Positions 39,001 to 48,952 of a stretch of 64,000 bases of DNA are shown in pieces; position 1 is the first letter of the stretch; each line of letters begins with the position of its first letter. The notes beneath the pieces were generated by a model, which was given only the letters and a program-made list of their open reading frames with translations, did no database searches and was not told where the DNA came from. A program made the translations under genes and the position numbers. The stretch lies in contig JAUPSS010000004.1 in assembly GCA_040285825.1 (NCBI GenBank), positions 5,733,784-5,797,783 on the forward strand, read 5' to 3'. The DNA comes from Eukaryota sp. TZLM1-RC (lineage: Eukaryota; Protista; Metamonada: BaSk clade).

Positions 39001-39204
39001 CATTTCAGGGATGGTATTAGGATACTGTGTGGAAAGAAGAAACTTGAATTTAAACATAAGGTCATGGACAGCGAGTAGGATTTCACAACCAATAGGCCAA
39101 GTGTATGAAGTAATAGTGACCTTGAACGCTATAAGAGGTTCCAAGACAGAAAGTTCTTCACGTATATCATCTCGAATAGAATAGGACGAGTTTGAATGAT
39201 GCAT
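36061..39204 (-). CDS. GCN2: eIF2-alpha kinase, GCN2-like (RWD, kinase with long Ser/acidic insert, degenerate HisRS-like C-terminus)
   Basis: RWD-like N-terminus (EEL.VL...YP..IP), ELGRGGGG.V..RNKIDG..YAIK, YFHTW.E, IQMEFC, HRDIKPANI, KIGDFGL, GTALYMAPE. Confidence 0.82.
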   Translation of the reverse strand: MHHSNSSYSIRDDIREELSVLEPLIAFKVTITSYTWPIGCEILLAVHDLMFKFKFLLSTQYPNTIPEMSIFEVSSDISAKLLERLRSIAHSHLGSPMLFALLYEARSYLETKTPDKTLLSPHSKLSSERLLTKQEQSRVFSARRTLLSSLKPASSPPSPIPASPLPQSTHTPTVPSIPCSSAPLPSTSLTSADRKLMSFTPEVSHIQSHYQTFFEQICELGRGGGGRVVKCRNKIDGNTYAIKQVLMARESDVNEAVKEAVALSKIHSNHVVSYFHTWKEPLSKLDKETVTALTSLDKSPGCSYDSTVDDSRTVNNQSSLIESESFRSEVSIKSGLRRSMSYITHRVSRSETLSSTLLCSAVDSAESEYDTESDQFEFSPQLSNNLSDDFDDFIVFEDDTTQTSPKTSPLSSLETPSQLPDPEEPMVLLIQMEFCDDTLKDAIQRQLDTETFFSDATKLRLFKEIILGLVDIHCNSLLVHRDIKPANILIQRNTEKRRGSVGSQSILIDSDSDVYDDDIGSCKIGDFGLTVSEKHQLFCSDGGHGGTALYMAPELRSSNLSEIDFYSTKLDIYAAGIVLFEIYFPCVTQSERIFLLNNLYETELPASLTQNYPRIAELIRKMTHKDPAKRPSAQEIFNDFFSNIPIKTLLGQIEQIKDPEVLSKINQILMLKSSIPSSNQTVSTVKPISYYSTLGEVLRTMTTMLELFGAMYVPLPNPDVTKFGTILPKKFCYLSWFISSAIETGLNSPIYETFKVVKENVQHFYLTYTELVPYESSSFRERVLLFCSFLQLLSFALYSDLLENSRINLPQINFSTTVFESLPPASCLEESFNNYKSIVELGGELPKDHDIVSIFCSTLIQLGLGQILKYDPYFSQKNNQNLVDFSVECSTYFAGGLFKRKFNNSYYYYVGFEIDVNLLMELRRKLIGEEIPPAFAIVLRKNASNLALVAPQVKVATHLRSMGLCVHSPLSQGDLDCKKAKIVVTVTNDNVEGGKGLEVVISNKNKKIYKNRNVKFSKLIDIIKDHVFSPRDHQPGIINSRRRSLHG

Positions 39205-39474
39205 AAATCTAGCACATACGCCAGTGTATCAAGGAAAGTTGGAAATCCTTTTCAGTTTGTTCCGGTGTTCAGAATTACCCTTTACACTTGTGAACACGTG
39301 TACGGTGCCAACATGTGTCCGACACGTGTCCAAAGCTGATGAACATGTGAACAGAGTGTTCATCCGACGATATCGTTGATACAACTTTATTGTGCAAAAA
39401 CATAAAAATAAACATATTGAAACAAAACTACAGGTTTTCGTAATAAGAAGGATCTACATTGTCTTCAAGTAGTA

Positions 39475-40370
39475 CATAATATATGCAGCTCGGCTGTTTT
39501 AAATCAAGATCTTCACTCATTGTTATTGGAAAAGAGTGTTTGTGAAAATAAGTCATCAGATTCTTCACTTTTTGTAACCATTGTACCACGAAGATTTGGA
39601 TTGTGTGCCACTAATGAAGCATTTGTAACAAAAATAAGATTATATTTGAATATCCCCATTAATCAATTATTATCAAAAGAAAAATGTATTTGTTCGAATT
39701 CACCTCAACTCACTTTGCGCCATGACTTGAATTGTTCTAAATTGATAACTTATCGTTATTCATTACATGATGCTGTTAGAGACACTGTTTTCAATATGGC
39801 ACAAACTGCAAGAATATCGTGTATCAAAGAGCCTCTGATGAAGGAAACACTTTCTCTGAATAATTTTAATTCTGATGATAGAGGTGATGTATACTGTAAT
39901 TGATTTGATAACTCTGAAGCTATTGTTAACTTTGTCTCATGTAATGTTGCAAATGATACTTTGGTTCACAGAAGAAAACTTAATCCTGTGAGTGCTCTTG
40001 ATTTTAAAGCAAAAGAAAAACATAGAAAATATGACAAAGATATTGAAGAAGCTAATGCTGGTAGAAATACACAGATATTTTTTATTGCTTTTCCATTTTC
40101 GATAAACGGAAGATTATCAGTTGATGAAACTTTTATGAATGACTTCCAAAAATGGTTCAAGAAAAAACAATGAAAAGATTTTATATTTTTATGGCGTTCC
40201 CGGATTCAATTTGCCATTATTAATAGATTACCTCGGTTTTTCAATCGAATAAAAGAAGCTTTAGCTAGACAGCAAGCAGATCAAGATTTTGTAGAGGAAA
40301 TCTTGGTTCAATGATATTCGTCCCATTAGTTATAAATTAATTTAATTAAGTACGCATGTTCATTAAATAT
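39475..40370 (+). mobile_element. Decayed family E copy inside the hAT remnant
   Basis: ORFs 39520-39903 and 39961-40173 match 17600-18634 but carry stops. Confidence 0.85.
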
Positions 40371-40585
40371 TTGATTTGAGTAGTACAATCGAGCCTTCAC
40401 CGTCATGCTCTGGAACCCCAATAAGATATTCGTCATTCCAGGGTAAAAATTCTTCTGAAGAACTAACACAGGCTAATTGATATTTCAGTATTAAGATTAC
40501 TTACAAGAATACGAAGTCATCCAACAACTGTGCACTCATTCTGTTTCTTTTCTTCGTTTTGATAATTGAATAAAAAATGTCCTAC

Positions 40586-42134
40586 TGCTGTTGTTACTGA
40601 TAAACTAACCTGGTAGACACATGAGAAATTCACATGATGACTTTGCACTTGTTCAAGAACAAATGTTTTTATTAATAAAGCTCTCTTTTCTTCTTTTCAT
40701 TTTTGGTTTTTCTGCCTAACTGCATCAATAATTATTGGCCCTCATTGCAAATGTTATCTACACGCGTACTACAATCGTTTTTTGCTTCTATGGAAGTGGA
40801 TGATGTTCTGTTGTTCCTTCAACAGTGGAAGGTGTACTCTTCTGTTACACCGAAAAAGGACCTTGTTCCAGCAAGGCTCCTCGTTGACCCCTTCTTGTTA
40901 GAATCATTGGTTCTCACAAGACCTGGGGTTGATTCATCCAATGAAATGTTTCTGGATCACTCAAGATCCTCCACCTCGTTTTCCTCGTACGAGGAATTCA
41001 ACTTGGTGATGTCTGAGTTGAAGGTTGATGTTCGTAAGGGCGACGTCCGTGAACGTATGTCCTGCTAACTGACACGTTTTTATCACGCGAAAAACAAGGC
41101 TTCCGGACTGAAATTGCCTGACTCAGCCTTCATGCTCAGATTCGCCAAGGGTATTCTTCCATTAGGATTGCAGAATTCTCTTATTTTTCGAATTCGGGAC
41201 GAGGTATTACCCGATTTTCCTACATTGGTAAATACCGCAGAGGATGAACTACTTGATTGCACGTGAATAGCTTTTTAAAACAGGTTTTCAAAGACTGTTT
41301 CTGAAAATACTGACTCTGTGCGTCAAGCTGGTATAAAGTCTCGTTCATCCCATAGATTTCGCAATCTGACTGACGGTACATGTTTCAAACGTCATCAGAA
41401 AGATCATCTAGCTCGTGATTGCCCCTCTAAAATCAAGCACGAACTAAATCATCTCCACCATGTGCCACAGTATCTCACAAATCCCCTATTTTCATTATGT
41501 TAAATGGTTGACGACACTGTTGAAAAAAAATGGGAAGAAGTAGTGTTGTTGTTACTGATAAACTAGGCTGGTGGACAGATGAGGAATTCACGTGATGACG
41601 TGGCACTTGTTCAAGAACAAGTATCTTTATTAGTAAACGCTCTTTTCTTCTATTGATCTTTAGTATTTCTGCCTAACGGTATCAGCAGAGGATAAATTAC
41701 TTGATTGCACACGAGTAGCCTCTTGGAACAGGTCTTCAAAAACTGTTTCTGTAAATACTGACTCTGTGCGTCGAGCTGGTATGACGTCTCGTTCATCCCA
41801 TAGGTTTCGCAATTTGACTGACAGGACATGTTTTAAATGTCATCAGAAAAGTCATCTAGCTCGTAATTGCCCCTCAAAGGTTAAGCACGAAGTAAATCAT
41901 TTACACCAAGTGCCTCAGTATCTCACAAATCCCTTATCTTCATTATGCTAACTGGTTTACGAAACTGCTGAAAGAAAATGGGAAGAAGTAGTGTTGTTGT
42001 TACTGATAAACTGACCTGGTAGACAGATGAGGAATTCATATGATGACGCGGCACTTGTTCAAGAACAAGTATTTTTATTAATAAAGCTCTCTTTTCCTTT
42101 TTTTCATCTTTGGTATTTCTGCCTAACGGCATCA
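40586..42134 (+). mobile_element. Small gag-only LTR retroelement with three ~142-bp LTRs
   Basis: LTRs TG...CA at 40586-40727, 41544-41684 and 41992-42134. PPT GGGAAGAAGTAG precedes LTR2 and LTR3. TSD CTAC (40582-40585 / 42135-42138). CCHC knuckle CFKCHQKSHLARNC. Confidence 0.85.
40751..41503 (+). pseudogene. Degenerate gag-like ORF with C-terminal Zn knuckle
   Basis: ORF pieces 40703-41068 and 41318-41503. The duplicate at 41766-41951 has an intact CX2CX4HX4C. Confidence 0.65.
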
Positions 42135-42419
42135 CTACAAAACGGTAGTTTCTTCTGGTCATAAATTTGTCACAGAGACTACAATTGACATTATTTTTAA
42201 TTTTCGAACGATGATTCGTTGGGTGTAGTGTCAAGAGTTTGTAGGATGAAAAGCATCAGTGGGGAGGGAGTAAAAATATTTTATCTAGGGATCTGTGTAG
42301 ATGAGAACACAGCTTTTGAAGACGTGTAGAGCGTGTCCGGTGTCAACACGTGTCCGAAATGTGTCCAACCCAAGTTACACGTGTGTAAATTCCGAACACT
42401 GGTCAATTGGTTTGTCCCA

Positions 42420-45400
42420 ATAATTTCACATCAAATTCTGTACCTTAATTGAAATTAAAGATTTACCAAATTTTTTAAGAACTGTTCCTAAGCTGCAAAA
42501 GAAGATTATAAATTATTTAAAAGCAGAATCACTGAACAGCCCAATTAGCATGGCTCATAACTCTGGTAATTTTTCATTTATATTATTTTTGCCTTCTATA
42601 TACAGATTAAATTCTTTTCATAATAGTTCTTCTTGTTTGATTACACAAGCTCCTCATCGTTTTGGACCATTGCTTTCAGATATTCAATTCTTGACAGTCT
42701 TGCGAATTAGACTTAATCTACCTCTTTCCCAATGCATTTAAAATATGGAATGTAAATGTGGTACTTATGCTTCTTTTTTTTTAATTTTTTTATTACGAAG
42801 CAAAAAAAACAAAACAAAACAAATTAAAACACATAAGAAACAAAATTCTCCACGCCAACTCTTGATGAATCCTTATACAGCTTTTTAATTTTTTTTATTA
42901 AAAACCTATAAATCAACATCTAAATAATCCCTCTCTCCCAAAACAAAAACACTAGCTGCAACTCTTTCATAGTGAGATCCAAGAAAAAGCAAAGCATCAG
43001 AAAACACAATTCTATTTTGCCAAAACAATCTGTTGAAATTTCTGTTTGTTCTCTTTACAATCAATTCAAAATCTGCCAAAAAACGTATAACCGTTGGAGC
43101 AAGTGAACCAAAAAGAGAAAATACAAATGGATACAAATTGTATTTTGCATGCTGTTGACTGGACAATTTGGACAAAGGTTCATTGTATTTTTTGAGTTTG
43201 AAATTTTCAGCATTTGAAAGATCTCTAAAGACCTCTATTATTCTTATGAAAATCATCTTCAGCATCAAACAGATTTGACAACAGAGGTTCCAAGAAGGAT
43301 ATAATTCTATGAGATTTACACATACAATATAACTGGTCTCTTACAGCATCATGAACTTTGCTTCTAAAAGTAATAAGTTTTTGAGGTGATGTTATATTAC
43401 CTGGATTAGATGGAAGTTTCATTTTATTGGATGTAATGTCTGCTGATCCTTGTAATGCCTCAAATGTAAGGCTAGTTAATTCTGAAATTCATAATCCCCT
43501 TTCAAATGCTGAAAATTTCAAACTCAAAAAATACAATGAACCTTTGTCCAAATTGGCCAGTCTACAGCATGCAAAATACAATTTGTATCCATTTGTATTT
43601 TCCCTTTTTGGTTCACTTGCACCTACTGCTTTACGTTTTTTGGATGATTTTGAAATGATTGTAAAGAGAAGAACTGGCAGAAATTTCAACAGATTGTTTT
43701 GGCAAAATAGAATTGTGTTTTCTATTTTTAAGGGGATGTTGAAGATGGTTTCTGATGCTTTGCTTTCTCTTGGATCTCACTATGAGAGAGTTGCATCTAG
43801 TGTTTTTGTTCTGGGAGAGATGGATATTTTAGATGTTGATTTATAGGTTTTGAATAAAATTAAAATAAAAAAAGTAATAAAATGTTTACAATTTAACAAA
43901 TTATCCATTGATGCCATCAGAAGTTTTTTCGGTTATCAAAAAGAGACCTCGTGGTAAGTCTGCCGGACTTTCTGGTATTACTATTGATCATGTAAAAGCC
44001 GCGATTATTTCTTCAGAAGATTGCCTTGGTTTATTGACCAAATTTTTCAACCAAATATTATCTGGTCAACGCAAATACCCAGAAGAATTAAGAAGTTCTC
44101 GTCTGACTGCACTTGTCAAAAATTCAAAAATGGATGTTCGTCCTATTGCAGTCTCTGAGAGCTTACACAATATTTTTTCTGCATGTTGCTTAAGTAGGTT
44201 CAATGAAAAAGCGAAAAAGATTTTATTACCCTTTCAATATGGTATAAATACTACAGATGGAGTCTCTTCAGCGATTTTTGCTACTGATGTCTTATTTCGT
44301 CAAAATGAATCCAATGTTTGCATGTCATTGGATTTTAGTAATGCTTTCAATTCGCTAAGTCGTCGCAGTATCCATGGTGCTCTATTGCAATATATGCCAG
44401 AATTAATACCATATTTTCAATCAACATATTGCACATATTCTAATTTACATTTTGGTAACAACATTTTGATTTCATCAAGTGGCGTAAAGCAAGGAGATCC
44501 GTTAGGACCTCTTTTGTTTTGTTTGGCCATTCATCCTATTCTACTGCAAATTCAAGAGATGTTTCCTTCACTAAAAATGATTGCATATATGGATGATGTT
44601 GTGCTTATTGGTGAATTAAATATTGTGAAAAAAAGCAACTGTATGTTTTAAAGAATTATTTACCAAAATTGGTCTCCGACTTAATTTACTTAAATGTGTT
44701 TTGTTATCGAATTCTCCAGTTTCCACAATAATTGATGATATTGAAATTCAAGCCAAATTATATTCAATTGATGCTATTCGTCATTTGGGTTCGTTTTTAG
44801 GAAATAATGATGAAATTACCAAAAATTGTTTGAAAAGTTGAACTCAATTTCTGACAAAATTGACCGAATGATGAATTTAGATATAAAAAAACACATCAAA
44901 TTTACCATTATAAGACTGTGTTTTAGTTCCAATTTTAATCATATATTTCGATCTACAAATCCTCTCGTCACTAGACCTTTGGCTCAAAAAGTTTAATGAG
45001 TTACGTGCAAAAGTTCTGTCTCAATTACTGGGATGTAAAATGTTTCAAATTCCAGATCATGCTTACCTTAGTCCACAATATGGTGGTTTAGGGTGGACGA
45101 AGGCTTCTATTCTTACCTCGTGTGCTTTTTGTTGGTGGATGCAGAAATGCAATCTTTGAGTTCTCCGAAAGATTTGCAGATTGGGAAGATTTATTGATGA
45201 CAACGCAAAGTTCCACTGTTTTTGCATTAAATGAAGAAATTTCAAGAATTGATGTAGAAAAATGGGGTCGATGTTTTCCCCAATCATTCAATGGCAATAT
45301 TCCAGAAAAAATGTTTTAAATTTGAAGTACACTCTTCGAACATTACAGAAAAGATTGACTGGAATGTATGAAAAAGATCTTTATAATAATATTTGCAGCT

Positions 45401-47337
45401 CGGCTGTTTTAAATCAAGATCTTCACTCATTCTTATTGGAAAAGGGTGTTTGTGAAAACAAGGCGTCAGATTCTTCACTTTTTGTAACCATTGTACCACG
45501 AAGATTTGGATTGTGTGCCACTAATGAAGCATTTGTAACAAAAATGAGATTATATTTGAACATCCCCATTAACCAATTATTATCAAAAGAAAAATGTATT
45601 TGTTCGAATTCACCTCAACTCACTTTGCGCCATGCTCTAAATTGCTCTAAATTGATAACTTATCGTTCTTCATTACAAGATGCTGTTAGAGACACTGTTT
45701 TCAATATGGCACAAACTGCAAGGATATCGTGTATCAAAGAGCCCCTGCTGAAGGAAACACTTTCTCTGAATAATTTTGGTTCTGATGATAGAGGTGATGT
45801 ATACTGTGATTGGATTGATAATTCTGAAGCTATTGTTGACTTTGTCTCATGTAATGTTGCAAACGATACTTTGGTTCACAGAAGAAAACTTAATCCTGTG
45901 GCTGCTCTGGATTTTAAAGAAAAAGAAAAACATAGAAAATATGATAAAGAAATTGAAGATGCAAATGTCGATAGAAATACACAGCTGGTTATTATTGCTT
46001 TCCCATTTTCGATAAATGGAAGATTATCAGTTGAAGCAGAAACTTTTTTGGATGACTTCCAAAAAATGGTGAAAGAAAAAACAATGAAAAGATTTGATAT
46101 TTTTTTATGGCGTTCACGGATTCAATTTGCCATTATTAATAGATTACCGCGGTTTTTCAATCGAATTAGAGAAGCTTTAGCTAGACAGCAAGCAAATCAA
46201 GATTTTGTAGAGGAGATCTTGGTTTAATGATAGTCGTCCCATTAGTTATGATTTAATTTAATCAAGTGTGCAAATTCAATAAATATACTTATTTAACAAA
46301 TGAGTAGTTGTAATTTCTCGAGAACATTTACAAATTAAATTATGAGGTAAATTATCAGGCCAGATAAAGGAACGAAATCTCATGTTCAGAGTCGAAGCAG
46401 AATCGGTTAAGAGAGTACCATAAACTTGGGGAATTGTTGTTACTAAGGCAGAAGAAGTACTGTCACACATATCTTGTAAAAGATTTGCAAAAGTGGGATT
46501 CTTTTTCTTGGCCAAGCCAAGTCTAACATCATAATCCAAGCTTTCAAAAATCTTTGACATTTTTTGTTGAAGCTTTTTACAGCAAAACTGTAAATTAAAA
46601 AGAGATCGGTTTGGAATTTCTTGAATTGATTGAGGAAAACATTTGGTCCAAATTTGTGGCGGCAATTTTTCAAGTTCACAAGATAACTCATACAAATAAG
46701 GACTGCAATTGGGAACTAACAGGTGAGAATCATCAGGAAATCTACGAGAAAATTCATAAATAAAATTTTTGCCACCACCCAAGAATGCTGATTGACACAA
46801 AATTGAAGATTTAGTAAATCCAATACCACCCAAATTTGCTGAAGAAAATAAGTGACTTTTCAACATTCCTGGTTCTACATCCAATAAATCAGCAAAAAAT
46901 TCTGTTCTCAATGAATTAAATGTTCAATAAATAATACCAATGAATTAAAAGAAAGACAAAAATCTAATGCTATGGAAAGAGCACAAGATCTCAAAATGTG
47001 GGTTATTCTCCCAGTAAAGTAATTTTTGAGCATGAAAAATTTATTACGTTTTTCTAGGTCTAAAGAAGAAATTGAATCAAGTTCAATTTTCATTTTCTCC
47101 AAAATAACTTGAATGCTTTTTTTGCTCACATTATTTCCTGCTGTAAATTCACTTGAATTCAATTATCCACAATGCTGATCGTGAATGTATTTATGATCTG
47201 CTAAAATGTGCTCATCATCCAGTTCGTTTAGAACCTCTTTTTGATGAATTAAATTTCAGTTTGAGCCAACAACGAGGTGATATTCATTGTTCATGGTATG
47301 ATGGAACTGAACTAATTAATGATTGTATTACTGTATC
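42420..47337. mobile_element. Second, smaller CRE nest: B(-) 42880-47113 containing B(+) 43383-43869, E(+) 43902-46290 and a 17-nt tail insert; flanked by other decayed fragments
   Basis: TSDs AAAAGTAATAA, ATTTAACAAAT (43891 / 46291) and CAATGAATTAAA (46909 / 46938). G tail at 42775-42880. RLE fragment at 47153-47340. Confidence 0.82.
43902..46290 (+). mobile_element. Longest family E copy (RT plus RLE, 5'-truncated)
   Basis: ORFs 43908-44651 (RPIAVSE, LDFSNAFN, KQGDPLGP, AYMDD) and 45262-46227. Confidence 0.9.
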
Positions 47338-47399
47338 TCCGTGGAAAAGAAGTTCCTAATCTGATATTCAACATTTACTCAAAGTTGCAAAGCTTTCCA

Positions 47400-48858
47400 A
47401 AACTCAATTAAATCACAACATAGAGTGTTTAAAAAATCGTGTAAGAAGTTTTCTCGAACTAATGTTGAAGAAGAAAAGCTGCACTAATCTGAAGAAGCTC
47501 CATATGTTTTTGATAATATGATGGTAACCGATGGAAATTCGGTTTCAATTCAATTTAGAAGAAGACATTTGTTTGGGGGAAAACAACAAAACAACAAAAA
47601 ATTAGAAAAAATTAGAGATGTTTACTTGAGTAACCTATCAATGGAAAAATTAGCATCCTTAAATTCTAGAAAATCAGTCGCTGCAGATCCAAATGAATAT
47701 GATTTGATTCATGCTGTTTCCAAGAAATTAAACCATGGTAATTTCTGTAACCCAGTTTCAATTGTAAAAGATGAACTACAGCTGGATGACGAAACAAACT
47801 AAAGAAAAAAGCCGAAAAAAGAAGACATTCATTATATTGACTCCTTATCTTTTACTCAAGACGAACGAATTTTTTCACTTGGTGTTCTCAAACATCGGAA
47901 AGATACAAAGAAGCGGCAAGATGAATAATTCTTCAACGGTGCTGGAGAAAGTTACAGGAAAATGTTGAAAAAAATTGCTGATTCTCAAACGAGAAAACAA
48001 TCAAAATCAACCAATTGAGATAAATTTGTGAGTATATTAATGCAAAAGAAATCTTTAGAATGAAAACTTGGAATTTATTTAACCAAATACAATATCGAAA
48101 AGAAAAATTCTCACAACACAAGGGAAAACAAAAAGGTGACATGAAGTTGATTCGTAAAATTAAACAAAATTTTGGCAAACCTGGGGATTGTATGATAGTC
48201 ATTGGCGATTGGAGTAAAGAGTCTGGATTTAAATGGAAAGGCAAGTATCCATCTAAAGGTACAAGTATAAGAAAAGTATTGAGACAAGCCGGACACCTTT
48301 TATAATTAGTCAATGAGGCATTTACTGCAAAAAGATGCCATAATTGTGCTCGAAAAAAGGGAACAATTGGAAATAACAGGGAAACTTCCTACAAATACGA
48401 TGATCCCAACTTTACGAAAAAACTAAACTCAATTAGACGGGATATTCATGTCAGAAAGAAAAAATGGAATTTAAAGACAGATTCAAATAATGATTCAACG
48501 TATTTCAAAGCTTTTGGAAAAGGATGAATTGGGCAACTATAAGGTTCGACAAGTAGTTCCATGGGGTCTAAGGCAATGTAATCAATGCAAAACGTTCTGG
48601 AATCGAGATACTAATTCTGCACTAAATATTCATTTGTTGGCTGAAGACATTTTGGCTAGAAGAGAGAGATCAGATGTGTTCAAGAGACAGCAGTCTCAAA
48701 CCAATGTTATTGAACCCACTGATAAAAGCAAGAGAGATGTTGATAAGAATTCTGAAGGTGATGGTACACCAATGAGTCCGATTGTGCAACCAAACCTCAA
48801 TACATTATCACGTGTAGCGAATGCGTCAGTTGACAAACAATGTATAGTTTTGAAGTAA
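47400..48858 (+). pseudogene. Fanzor1-like (TnpB-family) RNA-guided endonuclease, frameshifted
   Basis: YVFDNMMVTDGNSVSIQF; VAADPN (RuvC-I); IVIGDWS..PSKG..IRKVL; LVNEAFTAKRCHNC (RuvC-II plus Zn); WGLRQCNQC..WNRDTNSALNI (Zn plus RuvC-III). Confidence 0.85.
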
Positions 48859-48952
48859 TTTAAACCTATCAGATTGTATTTCCTAATCTACTGCATTAAC
48901 TTCACATCCACAATCCCTCTACAATCTTGTAGAGGACACATTCTTTCTCACA

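Larger units (their letters stand above)
39263..42401 (-). mobile_element. Internally deleted hAT-like DNA transposon remnant
   Basis: Imperfect TIRs CGGTGTTCAGAATT ... AATTCCGAACACTG. Subterminal ACACGTGT/ACATGTGTCC repeats at both ends. Minus-strand IKTKKRNRMSAQLLDD (hAT dimerisation-like, ~40515-40570) and CSLC (BED-like, ~42170). No clean 8-bp TSD. Confidence 0.6.

Noticed and set aside
40586-42134. CRISPR-like or satellite array suggested by the three direct repeats
   Set aside because: The repeats are ~142-bp TG..CA LTRs with a PPT, TSD and gag.
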